A stretch of 64,000 bases of DNA from Camelus ferus. Lineage: Eukaryota. Within the stretch, counting starts at the first letter, position 1. Every line of letters begins with the position of its first letter. Location of the stretch: contig NC_045697.1 of the NCBI RefSeq assembly GCF_009834535.1, positions 26,042,001 to 26,106,000 on the forward strand, in the 5' to 3' direction. The position numbers and the translations under genes are program-made. Positions 50,401 through 64,000 of the stretch are shown here, piece after piece. The notes beneath the pieces were generated by a model, which had not been told where the DNA came from, did no database searches, and worked only from the letters and a program-made list of their open reading frames with translations.

Positions 50401-53400
50401 GAGATAAACTAATCCTCATTTCTTTGCCTGCTTTAACTTCTATTCCTGCATCAGTTGAGGTTATCAGTAATTAGCACATCTAAGTAAATATTCTATTGTC
50501 CTAAAGACAATTCTTTTCCCGTAATACAATTTAATGTTCAACTACTCTCACTGAAATTTGATACAAGAACCATGAAGAGAGTTTGATGCTTTTTCAAAGC
50601 CTCTTTTGGAGAACTTGTTTATTATTTTAGTGCTTTTTACATCAAGATCTCTACATTAAAATCATCTAGGATTCAGTATTAGAAATGTGTTATACCTTCT
50701 TTCATCTAAACATGAGACCAGTAGACTTCATCCTGCTGTTGCCTTGATGACCAGGGAGCTCACTGTTAGGTTCAATGCTTAAGAGCAATCTTAGCTCTAT
50801 TTCAGTAATTTCTTTTCTTTTTTTTTTTTCCTGAATAATTTCTGATTTTTCTGATTTTATTTGTAATGATCATATATTTATGAGTTTAAGTACCTCAAAA
50901 TATTTGGATTTGTGGGGGTGGGAAATACACAGGTTATAACTACTATATATGCCTATATATGTGCATATATTATATATGTTTTTATATATAAATGTTGACT
51001 CCACTCAAACCATGATTACAAATTCCTGACTAACTTTTAGAAAGAAATAATACTTAAGGGAGTTGTAAATACTTTAACAGTTCCAATTCAAGTAAGTGTG
51101 TGAAGCTTGTATCTCAGCTTTTCTACTTAAAAGAATGATTCACTCTCTTTCACCTGCAGCAGGTGCCGGAACTGGAACATGGAACTCACCAGCTGCAGAG
51201 GCAGCTCTGTAGTAAAACCTCGTGCTCTTCACCTACTTTTCCCTCTCAGTGTCCTCATTTATAAAAGGAGGACCAGTGGGGCCTAAAGGATCACTTCCAG
51301 CTCTGGAATTGTATGATTCTTTAGAGTTTAAGTTTATTCGATTTTGACACTTCAACATTTAATTATCCTAAGAGAACATGTTCAGGAATGACAAGGAGGG
51401 GTGGCATTGGCAAAAGGAAGTTTCCATACTCGCATCTGTTTACAAAGACATGCTCAGGAAATAGACCTTAGTGAAAGCATTTCCTCTCAAATTAGATTTG
51501 AATGTTATATCACATATGAGCCTCCTGAAGTTTCAAGAACTCAAAATTCCATCCAATGATCTGACATCATCAAAACAGATCCTTCACATGTCAAAAGAAC
51601 TAATTCATTTTGGGGAAAAATTGATACCAAAAAAATGTACATCTTTATTACAGTAGTTTTTTTTGAAACTATAACCATTTAAAAAACACACTTTTTTTGT
51701 TACACATTGTGAAAAACAGATACTATCAACAATGGAGAATACTCTGAGTTACTATTTAGAACTAGAGTCATTTGTTTTGTTTCAAGCATAACTGTTAACA
51801 ATTGCTTTGTTTTAGCCATCAAGATAAACAAAGCAGTCAGATCTGAAAGAATTTGGCATTAACTTTATTGTGAAATATCAGATAGTTTCTCCAGGCTGCA
51901 ACAGGTTGGGAACTGGTCTTTTACCTGTAGCACTAAGAAAAACTCCAAACAAAAATATATAATAAAGGCAAATTTCAAGCATTAGAAATTGTTTATTTAA
52001 GTCCATCTTAAAAAGTTGGCTAGCTAGCCTCTCCTAGTAATCTAAACTATACGAAAAGGATGTTAAGTAGCCCACTTTAATATCAGCCACGTGAGGAATG
52101 GGACGTGTGTCCCCCAGTGCTAAGAGAAGACATAACACACAATAGATGCTCAGTAAACATTTGTTAAATGAATGAACATGTTTGTAAGTTGTCTTGCTCA
52201 ATTTAGGGTTTAGAATTGAATTAATTAGCACTCACCAAAATGGATGGATTTTATTTCTGCAAAACTTATGGACTACATTTTAAAATGTGTGTGTAATTAT
52301 ATATGTATATTTAGAGGCCACTGATATATTTCCAGTCTAGTGTATAGTTGAGTTGGTTGCTGTTGTTTTATTCTCAAATACTGAAAATGAACTCTCAACT
52401 TGTGGGAAATCCCTTGGGTCTGAGCTTATAAAGTGCTATAAGCTCTATTTTATCTTGGTATTGAGGCTCTCCAAAGAACACATCTCTCAAAACCACAAAA
52501 GGAGACTATATTTTATGTAGCAGATGCAATCAGTCACAGCACAAAAACAGCAATTTTCTGAAACTTCATGAGATCCAAAAACTTTGAATCTGCAGATTCA
52601 GCTGAAAGGGACTAGAAGCAGCTACCTGATATTGTATACTTCCACTGCTTTACCATCTTTGCATCCCAGAAAATCACTCGAGAGTAAACATGTGGGAAAA
52701 AAGACACATTGGCAATTAACACAGAGTAGTGTGAGAAATCCCAGGATCCCCCAGAGAAGAAGCAGGTGCCCTGCATGTTGTAGGTCAGAATGCTTACATC
52801 TTCATCCAAACTCACATCCACAAAGTTTTCTCTGGACCAACCAAATTCAGTTAGCCACCAGCCTGACAGGTTCAAGGACTGAGCAGAAAAATGTCGTTGT
52901 TAAAAATAAATTGGTATACAACCTAGAGGACTTTTTATTTTTAAGTTCAATATGTTGCCAGCTTCACAATTCTTGTCCCCACGGTAACAGGATGTGCTCG
53001 GTCGAACTAGGTGATGAGTGAAACAGCCACCTCCCTCAGTGCTGCAGCTGCATCCTTGGGGATGGTTTCACTAGGAAGTTCTCCTGACTGCTGCACTCTT
53101 GGCTCCTCTGTGGTCCCACTGTTCTTTCTACAAGTCGGGGACCTTGCAACAGGTTTTACACTGCATCTGAGGATGTCTCAAGCAAATTATTTGTATTTCA
53201 CATCCACCATTCGACTTGCCTGCCTGTGTTATTTGCTGTTCTGTCCCTTTGCTCTCCTTGTCTAATCCATAGCACTCAGGCTTTTGAAACCCTGCTTAAT
53301 ACATGGCTACTTTGCTCTTTACATTTTTGGTTTCCTTTGATCCTTATCAAGTGCAATGTTTAGTCACTCCTACTAGATTTTTAAGACCCCCCAGGAACAA

Positions 53401-55417
53401 GAGCTCTGTCTTTTAAGCCACCCGGAGGATTAAGACAATGCTTAGCAAACAATAAGCCCGTAATATTTATTGATGAGTGGGCAAATGTTTCACATAAGGG
53501 CTCCTTTCTCTGTAATATGTAGATGGACCAATTGTCCTCGCATCTATTCGGCAGAGATTTGGTGATAAATACTTGGCTTCTCTTCAGTAGATTAGCCTTG
53601 ACCTTATCCTGCTGCTTGTGTGAGTCATGGCTCACAGGTGATGTTGATTAAAGTTGTTAACTGTCCACAATATATATTATTGGCCCAGATTTCCCAGCTA
53701 ATTGTGAAACTGTAGGGAAGACATCACTGTTGTGTTGAACCAGTTAACACTGTATGGAAGCTGAAGCTGTAACCACATAGCAAACTTCTTCAAGAATACA
53801 CTTGCCCTACTATATTCTGCTTCTTTGTTTATTTTGTATCATACAAAAGGGCATTGCCACAGCTGCCGGATTAAGCAATGGCTCAAAATACCAGTCTTCA
53901 AGGTCACGCAAACACACTGCTGTTTCTTCCTTTGGATATGGATAAAGATTTCAACTTCCTATAAAAATCCCCCATAAACTCATAAATGGCCCTCCCCTGG
54001 ATCACCTCTTCCTCTCAAAAAGCATATTAAAGATAGTTTCTTGTGTTTTAAATTCCTAGCCTGTCTCCCGCTCACTCTCTGGGTTCTTAGGAATGCTGAG
54101 ATTGTTTTCCAGGTATTAAGTTTACAGCTTGTTGCTGAAATGAGAGCAAGTGAAGTACAAGGAAATATTTGGGAGTCTAGTGCTTTAAAATAAACCCTTG
54201 AATTTCTTAATGAGAATATTTTGAATATGTGAAAAATGCATATTTAAAAATCCTCCACCTTATCCCACAAGCTAAATTCTGAAGACTCCTTGTACTTTCA
54301 GTTTCTGGATTAGTAATGATTGATTCTTTAGAAATTGCTCCTTTTGCCTATTCTAAGCTATCATCAACATTTTGAAGACTTCACGGATGAAACTGCAGTT
54401 TTTAAAATTACCCAAACAGAAGAGTTGGTTCTTCCTTGGATGAATACATCACTTCTCTTGTACATTGAAATAAAAGAAGTCCTCTGGTCTTGAGCATTCT
54501 GGCATATTTCTCCTAGTACTATCAGCCCCTCTCAGGACATGAATAAGGCATTCCTTCAAAACACAAGGAAGCCGCGTCCCATACAGAGACACTGACTGAC
54601 TGTACCGTCCTGTATGATCAAATGAATTCATATGGCACCCTTACTGAAATGCAATTAAATATTAATCCCCAAGCACCTAGTTTATTTTCCAGGAGTGAAC
54701 TTGGACTTTAGGAAAATACAAACCAATTTAAGACTAAGGAGAGATCACAACCAGGTATTTGCAGCAAAAGAGAATATGAGAGAGGCAGTGGTGAAGACAA
54801 ATTGGATGATACTATCTAAACCAGAACTTTCTTTCGTCTGCCTCCACCTGGACAAAGTGGCATATAGCATCCATTATTTATTAGGAGTTCTGCTTTTAAA
54901 ACAAAACAAATATTCTTAGGCAATAGTTACACATATAAAAAAAAGTAGACCTGATTTTTAGACTTGATTTTCAAATAGCATTCTTAGTGTCTTTGAAAGT
55001 AGCAGCCAAGAGTTAAAAAACAACCCTCATCTTGTGTTAGATAATACCACAGAGTATTTCTAACTTCAGCGTTAGCTTCTGTCTACTGACTAGACCTATT
55101 TAAATTTCCTAACCTGTTTAATGAGCTCCAAAAATAAATGTATATTATAGAGAAAACTGAAGCACACTCACTCTTTACAGAGAAATGACACAGAGAGGGC
55201 ATTTATGGAGTGTGTGACCTAAATAACCCAAAGCAGGTTTAATTCAATATGGGAACCTGGGATTACATTGGAGCTGTTATCTGGGTCTACCAGTAACTGT
55301 AACAGCATCTTTTAAAGGTGGCACAATCTTGGATCGTCTGTGTCCTAGCAAAGACTGAGTCTTTTCTCAAATTTTTTAAATCAAATGAAGTGTCCTTAAA
55401 ATTTTATAGCTAGTCTT

Positions 55418-55596
55418 TTTTTTTTTCTTTTTTTTTAAACATTTTTTATTGATTTATAATCATTTTACAATGTGTCAAATTCCAGTGTTCAGCACAATTT
55501 TTCAGTCATTCATGGACATATACACACTCATTGTCACATTTTTTTCTTTGTGAGTTATCATAACATTTTGTGTCTATTTCCCTGTGCTATACAGTG
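55418..55596 (-). mobile_element. Young 5'-truncated L1 3' tail with perfect 13-bp TSD
   Basis: Poly(T) head. tatagctagtctt at 55405-55417 and 55597-55609. Homologous to the reverse complement of 14721-14821. Confidence 0.9.
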
Positions 55597-58269
55597 TATA
55601 GCTAGTCTTGAATTAAGAAATCAACCAGTAAAAAATGATGCATTTCTCATAGTACTTTAAATATCAGAAAAAACCTCCTCCCGATGACAGCACTTCACTG
55701 CGCAGACCTAACGTGTGGGCTGAGAAGGACCTGGAAGGGCATCCCAGAGAAGCTTCAATTTTACCATCACAGATTCATTTTTTAAAAATTCAAGTAATGT
55801 TGGTGAGGAAACTCATAGACCTGCCAAGACTCTGGTGCAAATGGGTTTACCCAAGTGATTTTTGGCAGATGATGCAAGGCAGCAAAAGAAAAAGAATAGC
55901 ATGGAAGATATGCTGAAAGGAAGAGGTGGGTGGGAAACAGGGCCAAAAAGGAGATGCCAGTGATTATTTCATAACAAAACCGCTTGCCTAGGGCTGTTCC
56001 TCCCACCATTGCCACTCACTGAGATCCTGAGGCGCCCTGAACCTGGTGATAAGAGCAGAGAGGAGGGGCAGTGAACAAATAAGACAGGTTGATAGCAACT
56101 TTCTGATTTCAGACCTGGTTAATATCTGTAGTGAATGTAAGTAATTTAACCCAGCAGTTGATGGCATAAGATCAAATGTATCACGATAACAAGGGTGAAA
56201 GAGGGGAGAAAGCTGTGGTTCTAAGGAACTTAATACTTTCCATTTATAATGAATTTTATTTCTGAGCAACAAAGACACTTGAGGATTCAATGTGTACAAT
56301 ATTGTTCTCCGAGTGATAACGGACATTGGTGGAGGGGGTCCTGAGGCAGTCTCAGCTCATCCAGATTTAGTTGGAAGAGTTCAATTATTTCTGTAAAGCA
56401 GCACATTGGACACCTCTCAGCTTCCTTTCCCCAGTTTATAAAAGAGTGTCCATGACATGGAGGGTGAGGTTCATGCTGAAGAATTTGTTTCTTGCAAATT
56501 TATTTTTGCAGTGCAAGGAATAAGACTTCTGATGACAAATTCAACTTTCAAAGAGATGAGTGCTTCTATGATATGTCTAGGAATAAATTCTCTAAGAAAT
56601 GTCATAGAGTGTGGGTAGGAGGGACATTCTGTGGAGGTGAGGTCTCCCACAGTACAGTCCTGTCCGTTGCTGGATCTCCTTATGACTGTCCAGAGGAGAG
56701 GAGGGAAACTGGAGGTGAATTTAAAGATATGTATCATGTCAAAACATATCACACTCTTTCTCTTTTCTCTGACTTCTTTCTTTTTTAAAAAAAATTCTTT
56801 TTCTTCTTTCGGTTAGTTTTTTTTTCTCTTTGCCAGAACTACACCTCAAATGTCTAATCTCGCCCAGGGAGAAGTAAGCCGTGACAAAGGTACAGAAACA
56901 CATTCTAAATACTGGGATACCATACAGTCTGCTGTAGCCATGCATCTGACACACCCTCACTGGAAAATCTGTCTCTGAAAACTCTGGCAGAAAAGAAGAC
57001 AGTCTAGTTTTCATTTCACGTGAAAATGTACTGCATCGGTTTCATATCGTCAGCCCATGACTGTGTACGGAGTCATGGTTTTCACACAATGACTCAACAG
57101 AGATGGGTTGTAAACTATAATCCAACACTGAGAGAAATTTCAGAGGCCATTAATGCTGTTAAAAAGAGAGCTTTTGCTAACCAAATAATTGAATAATACG
57201 GTTCCTGACACCCTGAACAAACCATTTTTGTTTTACAGTGACTGTAGAATTTGCCAGTAAGAAAGTCTAATGCTAAACTTCCGGGTATGACAAAACATAT
57301 CAAAAACAGTAATTACAGTACTCAAATGGTAGAGACTTGAGAATTTACTTAAACACAAAGGAATGAAATCATCTCTGCAAATATGTCTGCTCTAGTTTTC
57401 AAATCTGGTGACTTAGTTTGAATCAACTCCTTTACTTCTACTTCTCATCAACACATAAAAATGACAAAAAAGAAAAAAATCATTTTCAAATCTATAATTA
57501 AATGGCTCCATCCCCATTTTTGTTGGCATACTTTTCAAGTGAATTTTACAGTTGTCTTAATTTACATGAAAATCATTAACAAGAAGTTACTTACCTACGT
57601 GGAACTTATTTGGAGTCCAATTTTTTAAACTTATGTAAAAAATAAGAAAGCATTTGAAACTTTTATGAGACAATTAGAAATTTGAACCCTGATCAAGCGT
57701 TTGATGATGGTACGGAATTTTTTTATTACATTTTTAGGAGACTTTGATGATGAATTTTTTAAAAGAACCTGTGAGTTGTTTATTAGATTTCATCATTATC
57801 TTAGTCATCAAACTTTTCTTGACCTTTTGCTGTACCTAGAGCTCCATGCTCCTGATGAAGTATTTCATATTGGGCCATGACCAGGTGGAAATTATTCTAC
57901 CTCTGAAGATCATGCCCAGCCTCTTTGACTGCTTCTAACTTAAGTTTATTCTTGAACACTTGCCACTGAATTCCAGGCATTTTCAATGATAAATTACTCA
58001 TTATAAAGTTAATAGAATATGTGTTAGCTGTTCTGAAGTAACCCATTCGATATGAATATGTTACATCAACTTCAATACCATTGTCAAAGGACCAGTAGTA
58101 AATGCAACATTCTGCCTTAATTCTTTTTTTAATATGTGAATTTAGTTTATCTCAATGTAATATATATTGTATATATATATAGTTTTTGAAAATAAAATAG
58201 CATGACAACACTCTGGAGAAGCAACAGATGAGTGCCCCTTGCTCTCCTTCTAACCCAAGTACCCAAGGA

Positions 58270-58800
58270 TCTGTCAGTGCCCTCCAGCCGAAGGCCACCA
58301 GGAAGAGACCTGTAATTGAACAGGTAGGGCTTATTACTCATTTCAGTGAGGGAGAAACTTGCACCATAGGGAGCCATGGGGTGTCTCCGTTAAAGGATGT
58401 TAAAAGGAACTAAGGATTGGGCTTTTGTGAGATCTGGGGCAAGTTTTCTGCTCTAGATTGGATGCTGTTTAAAAGTGGGGACGATGCCAGGATTGGGTAT
58501 CTCAATCAATCTTATCCCTAGGGAGGGAAGACTAGAAAGATGTTCAAGTTACTGTTGGTTAAAAGGTAACCCTCACTCCTGTTAGCTGGAATCAGGAGAT
58601 GTTTCATATTTGGTGGCTTGCATCATGCTCATGTCTTATCTGTGTTTAGACCTGATTATAGGATGGTCTTTATTTTGCCTTGATCCATCACAGTCACAGG
58701 GCGGCCTTGTCTGGTACTGATTTTCTGTGAAATTGTTTATGTTAAACAGGAGAACACCAAGACGTAGCTATGAGTGTCAGGCAAGCTCACAGCAACAGCA
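58270..58800. mobile_element. Probable ERV LTR relic
   Basis: LTR-like composition with repeated gattgg boxes and a terminal gcaaca. Family not identified. Confidence 0.4.
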
Positions 58801-58899
58801 AGACCTCGCTGATAGTCCTGGACTAGCTCCTAGAGGTCAGGAGTTGCTCTGCTCTTTCCCACATCTTTCCCCAGAGGCACTCACACTCCATCTTTTAGC

Positions 58900-61140
58900 A
58901 GTTTCTTCTAGAACTTACCTCCCAATTCCTAACTGTTAATTTTCATTTTTAAATATTGACTTCCTCCTATAGGAATAAGGCTTTTGCTCGCATACCCACC
59001 CAACTCTAACTCATTCTTCCCACACATGCTTTCTGCACCTATCCTGGTAATGGATTTCTATCACCAGCTTTACTTACATTAATCATGGATATTTTCATTA
59101 TCATGGCCGTGTAAATATCCTCCATAGAAGAGCTGAACAGTTCACTTTGGGGACGTATCTTTTCCTTTAGAATTTAGTTTTATCAGTTGTCTCATTTTTT
59201 TTTCATTTGCTCATCTACCAATAATTCTTCCCCCTAATTTTCTAAGAGTTGCACAATTTCTCTTAAAATGGTTAAAACATCAGATAGTTCCTCAGTTCCA
59301 CTTTCTCTCCTGTGGGCAGCCTCTTGGTCACCTCAGAGGATGGCTGTGGTCTGGACTAGGAGCGCTCTAGGCCCACAATACTGCTGCTACCCTGGGACGT
59401 CACTTTAGGCATTAATTTACTTCCTTCCTTTGCTGGGGTTTTCTATTTTCTGACGTTTTTCTTTTGTTAGTCCGTTGCTTTTGGCAAACTACATTCCTTG
59501 GTAGCTTCCCAAGAGAAGGTACACAGGAGGCAAATTTTTTGATATTTGCATACCTGAAAATGTCCTTTCTTCCTCTGCACACTTTTAAAAATAATGTCTT
59601 ATTCTTTTTCTTTTCAGTTTTATTGAAATGATTGACATATAACATTGTGTAAGTTTAATGTATACAGTGTTATACAATCTGATATACTTTTATATTGCAA
59701 TATGATTACTACCATAGCCTTAGCTAATACCTCCGTCACATCTCATAATTACCATTTCTTTTTTTCTGTCCCTGCACACTCGAATGAGGCTTTGGGGGGA
59801 AAAAGAGAATCCTGAATTAGAAAGAGGGAAAACTCAGAATATTGAAGTCACAGCTCTATTACTTTCTGGGCCTCACTGTTACTGTGGAGGAGCCCAGTGC
59901 CTTCTGATTTAAATGTGACCTTTTTCTCCCCTTTGGAGGCTGTTAGGATCTTTGTTCTTGATGCTTTGAATATTCATGATAGTATGACAAGTTATGATTT
60001 TTTAATTTTAATCTATAGCCCTCTTATCTCTTTCGGTGTGGAGTATCAAGTCCTTTATCTGGGAAATGTCCTTGTATTATTTCCGTGATTCTTTCTTTCT
60101 TTCTGTTTTCTTTCTCTAGGACTCATTAATTGAAACACCTAGATTGAACAATTAATTTTCTTCATCTTTTTTTTTTTTTTCCTATGGTCTCTTTGTTTTG
60201 TTTTGTGTGACCTCCTGGGATATTTCCTCAACTGTTTCTTTCTACCCATATACCAGTTTTTTAAAATGTCTGTTATATTTTCATTTCTATGAGGTCTTTC
60301 TCATTGTCTGAGTGCATCTTTTCATTAGAAAATCTTTTCTTGTTTTGTGGGTGCCTTAGCTTCTCTTATCCCTGACTCTACGAGTGTTAATTATAGATTT
60401 ATTTGGTATTTTCTCCTCTTTCCTCTATTGGCTCTATTTTTTTTTTCCAAGTTCTTTGTGTTTGCTTTAGTCTTCTGCATTGTATTAGAGGCTTATTTGA
60501 AATGCCTGACCCCCGTGACTGTGGTCCCACTCCTGCCTGAGACTTCATACTTGCTGGCACGTATGCTTGGAGCTGAGCTGCAGAACAGAGTGGGCCCTCA
60601 CTTTTTAAACTCGTAGAATTTCACTTAACCCTTATTGAATGGCACTTCCTTCTGGTTCTCCGCTCAGCCGGGCCTCCTGCCTGTCTGCTGCAGTTTTTGC
60701 ATCGGAAACATCTCTGGTTTCTAATGGCTGAAAGAGAGGCTGTTGCCTGGCTGCTTAGGACAGAGGAGAGGGATATAGAAATCTACCTGCCCCCCAAACT
60801 GAATTCTAACAAAACCTGTTAACAGCCCCAACTTCACTCCCACTTTCAGAGGTTCTAGCAGAGGGACTAGTTTTCCCTAATTCTTGGGCCCTTCTGAGAG
60901 TCCATGGCAAGAACTGGCCTGTTTTCCCGCCGTACAGGTACTCTTTTTGCTTGATTCCGTCATTTACAACTTATCCATCTGCTTTTGATCTTTCAAAAGT
61001 TTGTTGACATCTTTTCTCTGTCATATTTTCACCCATTTTCTTTGTCCTTTTGAGTTTATCTATTATTTTATCTTCTTTGGTGGCATTTTAGAAGGAAGCA
61101 GAAATAGAATATGTATTTAATCTATACTCTTTAATCAGAC
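58900..61140 (-). mobile_element. Highly decayed L1M-type region, with a younger L1 3' end inserted at about 59605-59765
   Basis: T-rich plus strand with L1-like atttgcatacctgaaaatgtc. The insert reads ttttattgaaatgattgacatataacattgtgtaagtttaatgtatacag...ctcataattaccatttc. Confidence 0.6.
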
Positions 61141-62599
61141 ATCAAAGCTTTGGTTTTTACCACTTACTTTTCAGAAACATTTAAAAATTGATGTGCACAT
61201 TGAGAACTCTGATATCTCATTTGTATTTTTCCCAGTGCACTAAGTCATCAGGGAAGACAAAAACAAAACAACTATTTCTCCTCTTTTCACTTGTCATTCA
61301 GTTGTGTAAGCTTGGTCCAAACAGACAAAAATGAGCAGACATTCAATAAGAATTTTCAAATGGGGAAAAATTAATCTGGGCTGACTGTGCCAAAGTCTGG
61401 TGTCTGCAACTATCCAGGAACTCAAAGGAAATGACAAAATCAGATAACAGAACTAAAACTAACACCTCATCATGTCTTAAGCATATGTGACTCTTTCGCT
61501 AACATCTGACCTACCCATTGCTCCCCACCATGAACTCCACGGAAAGCAGTCCACTTTGTTACACTTCAAAACTTTCTTGTCCTCCCCTCCTATCTCATCA
61601 GTAGGCTGTCCTGTCTATGACAAAGTTTTATTTCTTCAACTGGTGAACAAGTGACTATCCTACTTACTGGAATTTTCTCTCTACTCACTTTGATACTTTT
61701 AATATGAAGAACTGTTGTCTTTTCAACCACATAATGTTTTATATGAATTCAAGACTACACACTAATTCCTTTAATGTTAGTGGAAGCACAAACTTCTCAG
61801 TAAAGAAAGTAAAAGAAAGTATTAATAGTCATAATAACAAGTAGCCACAATGAAGAGGCTGATTCAATGTTAAACCCATCAAGGTGAATTTTTGCAGTTA
61901 ACTTTTGTGAATGTCAGAAATCTTGATTGCAAATGTCAGATCTTTCTGTGGTTAGTGACATCAATTAGTTGAGAACAAGACGCAGGAACATGCAGATGCT
62001 TGTTTTAATGAGTAAAGGCAGCATGGCCTGTGGTAGGTCTCGCTTTGCAAATATTACATGTTCTTGGGAAGCCAGACTAAGGACAAGTTTAGACTTGAGG
62101 AGAGCAAATGTCAATGAGGCTAAGGAGAAATGTTTAGGGTTTTTTTCCCTTGCCCTGAGAAAGAATTTTCCCACACATCTAGAAGGGAATAAATGTATAT
62201 TGGTCCAGTGAGTTAGCATTTCATTATCAGTTTTATTCAATACTTAAAACGTACGTGGTGTAAATTCCCCACTGATCTCTTCTACTTCCAGGGGTTGTTT
62301 CTTCACCTTCTATTGACTGATGACATTCAAATATGCCAATATTGTTCTGACTCTTCTAAATGTCTAACGTATTTCAAAGAACTGTCCTGAGCTATCTCAC
62401 ACACAACAAATCCAAAACTAATCAAATTATCTACCCATCAAGACTAGTGTTTTTTCTAAATTCCTTAACTCAATTGTTTTACTATCTATTCAGTCACCTA
62501 AACCAAAATTTTTGGTCACATTCCACTACCGAGTACAGTTATTAAACCAGTGGCCAATAAATATTTGTCAAATAAATAAATGAATGGATTCCAGTGCTT

Positions 62600-63290
62600 T
62601 CTATTCCTCACCCTCTAACTCATGATTTAGCAAGTTCTAGTTACTCTACTTCAAATCCCCTTTCAAAGCATCCCCTCCCCTTGCCTGCACTGTTGCTGCT
62701 CTAATAGAGACCCTCAAATCTCTTAATTCTCACGTCTCTACCGTATAAACCATCTGCATCTCTACAGCACAGATTTGGTTATATATTTGCTTGGTTCAAA
62801 AATATTTAACATCTCTCTTTTGTCACCAAACAAAATGTCAGCTTCTCCTCCTGACTCCCCATCATTATTAGACAACTCTTGTCACTTCCCCTGACTCATA
62901 AACCTACCTCTCAAGCCATAGTTTCTGGTTTTTGATCACATGGTGTCATTTCAGGCCTCCCTTACTTTGATCATATTATTTCCTATGTTGGAATGTTCCT
63001 TCCCTCTCTTGGCAAGCTGGCTTAAATCCCACTCATCCTTTAGCCTCCAATTTAAACATCTTCCAGGCCTCTAACTGGAATGAAATTTTTTACTCCTCAA
63101 AGCTTTGGTGAGAGTTTTAATTTATCCTTATGCTCTAGCTTTTAACATAATCTAAGCTTTTTTTTTTTTTTTTTTTAATAATCTGTTCATGTGTCTGCCT
63201 TTCTCTGAAGTCCTAAAATGCCCTATTCTTAGCATGTAGGCAGTGCCTGGTCCACAGTCAATGTTCTAGAATGTTCTCAGAATTGGCATC
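62600..63290 (+). mobile_element. L2 LINE relic
   Basis: Pyrimidine-rich L2-like body (ggaatgttccttccctct...ccactcatcctttag) ending in gcagtgcctggtccacagt. Confidence 0.6.
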
Positions 63291-64000
63291 AAATTAAAGC
63301 CATATCCACATTATTAAGAGAATTACACACATATTTCAGGAGTTAAAGGAACAGAGGCTCACGAAAGATAAGATTTCTGCTAGAGAATGAGCCCGCGCTC
63401 CCACCCCTAACCTCGCCACCATCCCTTATACCGCTCCTTTCTTTTACCTTCAGACTCTTCAGACCACAAGCAGCCCGGGCAGGACTTAGGCCCGTGGTGG
63501 CATCTGTTCTCTAGGATTTGTTCCCTGGGCTTGTGTTTCCCCATCTTGTCTGCCAGGTGTCACGAGCGTAGCTCTCAGAACCCCAGCGCTGACGACGAGA
63601 CAACGCAAGGCCTGCGGGAGGGAAGCCTTCTGGCTCTCCTTGGGAAAATGTTCATTTCATTCCAGGACCTTGGAGGGAACGTGAGCCTGCCTGGGGTGTA
63701 CTGCCCTCTCCCTCTGGTGTGGTGTCCTCCCTTGTTAGAGGAGGGCCTTGGACAGGAGGAAGCAGGCTGTTCTTGTTTCCGCCCAAGTCTCAAGTCCTGC
63801 ATGGCAATGGCCTCATATATAGTGTGTAGACTGAGGGGCCAGCGGTGGTGAGAACTTGCTGTACCTGAATTTCCATCATACATGGTGAAGATGCCCTGCT
63901 GGTTCAGAGAAAGACACTCTTCAGGTTTGCTTTCTCTTAGTGAAGGAGCATTTCATCCAATTAGAGAGGAATGATCAGAGAGTAAAGAGGCCAAGGACTT

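Noticed and set aside
1..64000. CRISPR arrays, operons, intact retroviral or transposase genes, or another novel multi-gene system
   Set aside because: None seen; this is intron-rich mammalian DNA with one recognisable gene and decayed repeats.

Overview
Mammalian genomic DNA, probably camelid, judged from a tRNA-Ala-derived SINE and a young L1 3' tail. The left half holds the 5' end of ARAP2 on the minus strand. A CpG-island promoter and non-coding exon 1 lie at about 31.75-32.6 kb. The 1040-nt exon 2 carries the start codon and SAM domain (16921-17960), and coding exons 3-6 sit at 5622-5680, 4452-4528, 3627-3718 and 1820-2173. All splice junctions are canonical GT-AG and join in frame, and the gene runs off the left edge at the start of the first PH domain. 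The right half (about 33-64 kb) is upstream intergenic DNA made of MIR, L2, L1, LTR and DNA-transposon relics, with no protein-coding gene I can support. I found no prokaryote-style novel system. The best leads are RNA-level: (1) back-splicing exon 2 would give a 337-aa SAM-domain ORF filling almost the whole circle; (2) an overlapping uORF at the start codon; (3) an open, phase-matched 98-nt candidate exon 50 nt downstream of exon 3; (4) a 52-bp templated copy between neighbouring MIRs; (5) a solo LTR with CCAAT/TATA elements pointing toward ARAP2. Repeat family names and comparisons with human ARAP2 come from memory, not from a search.
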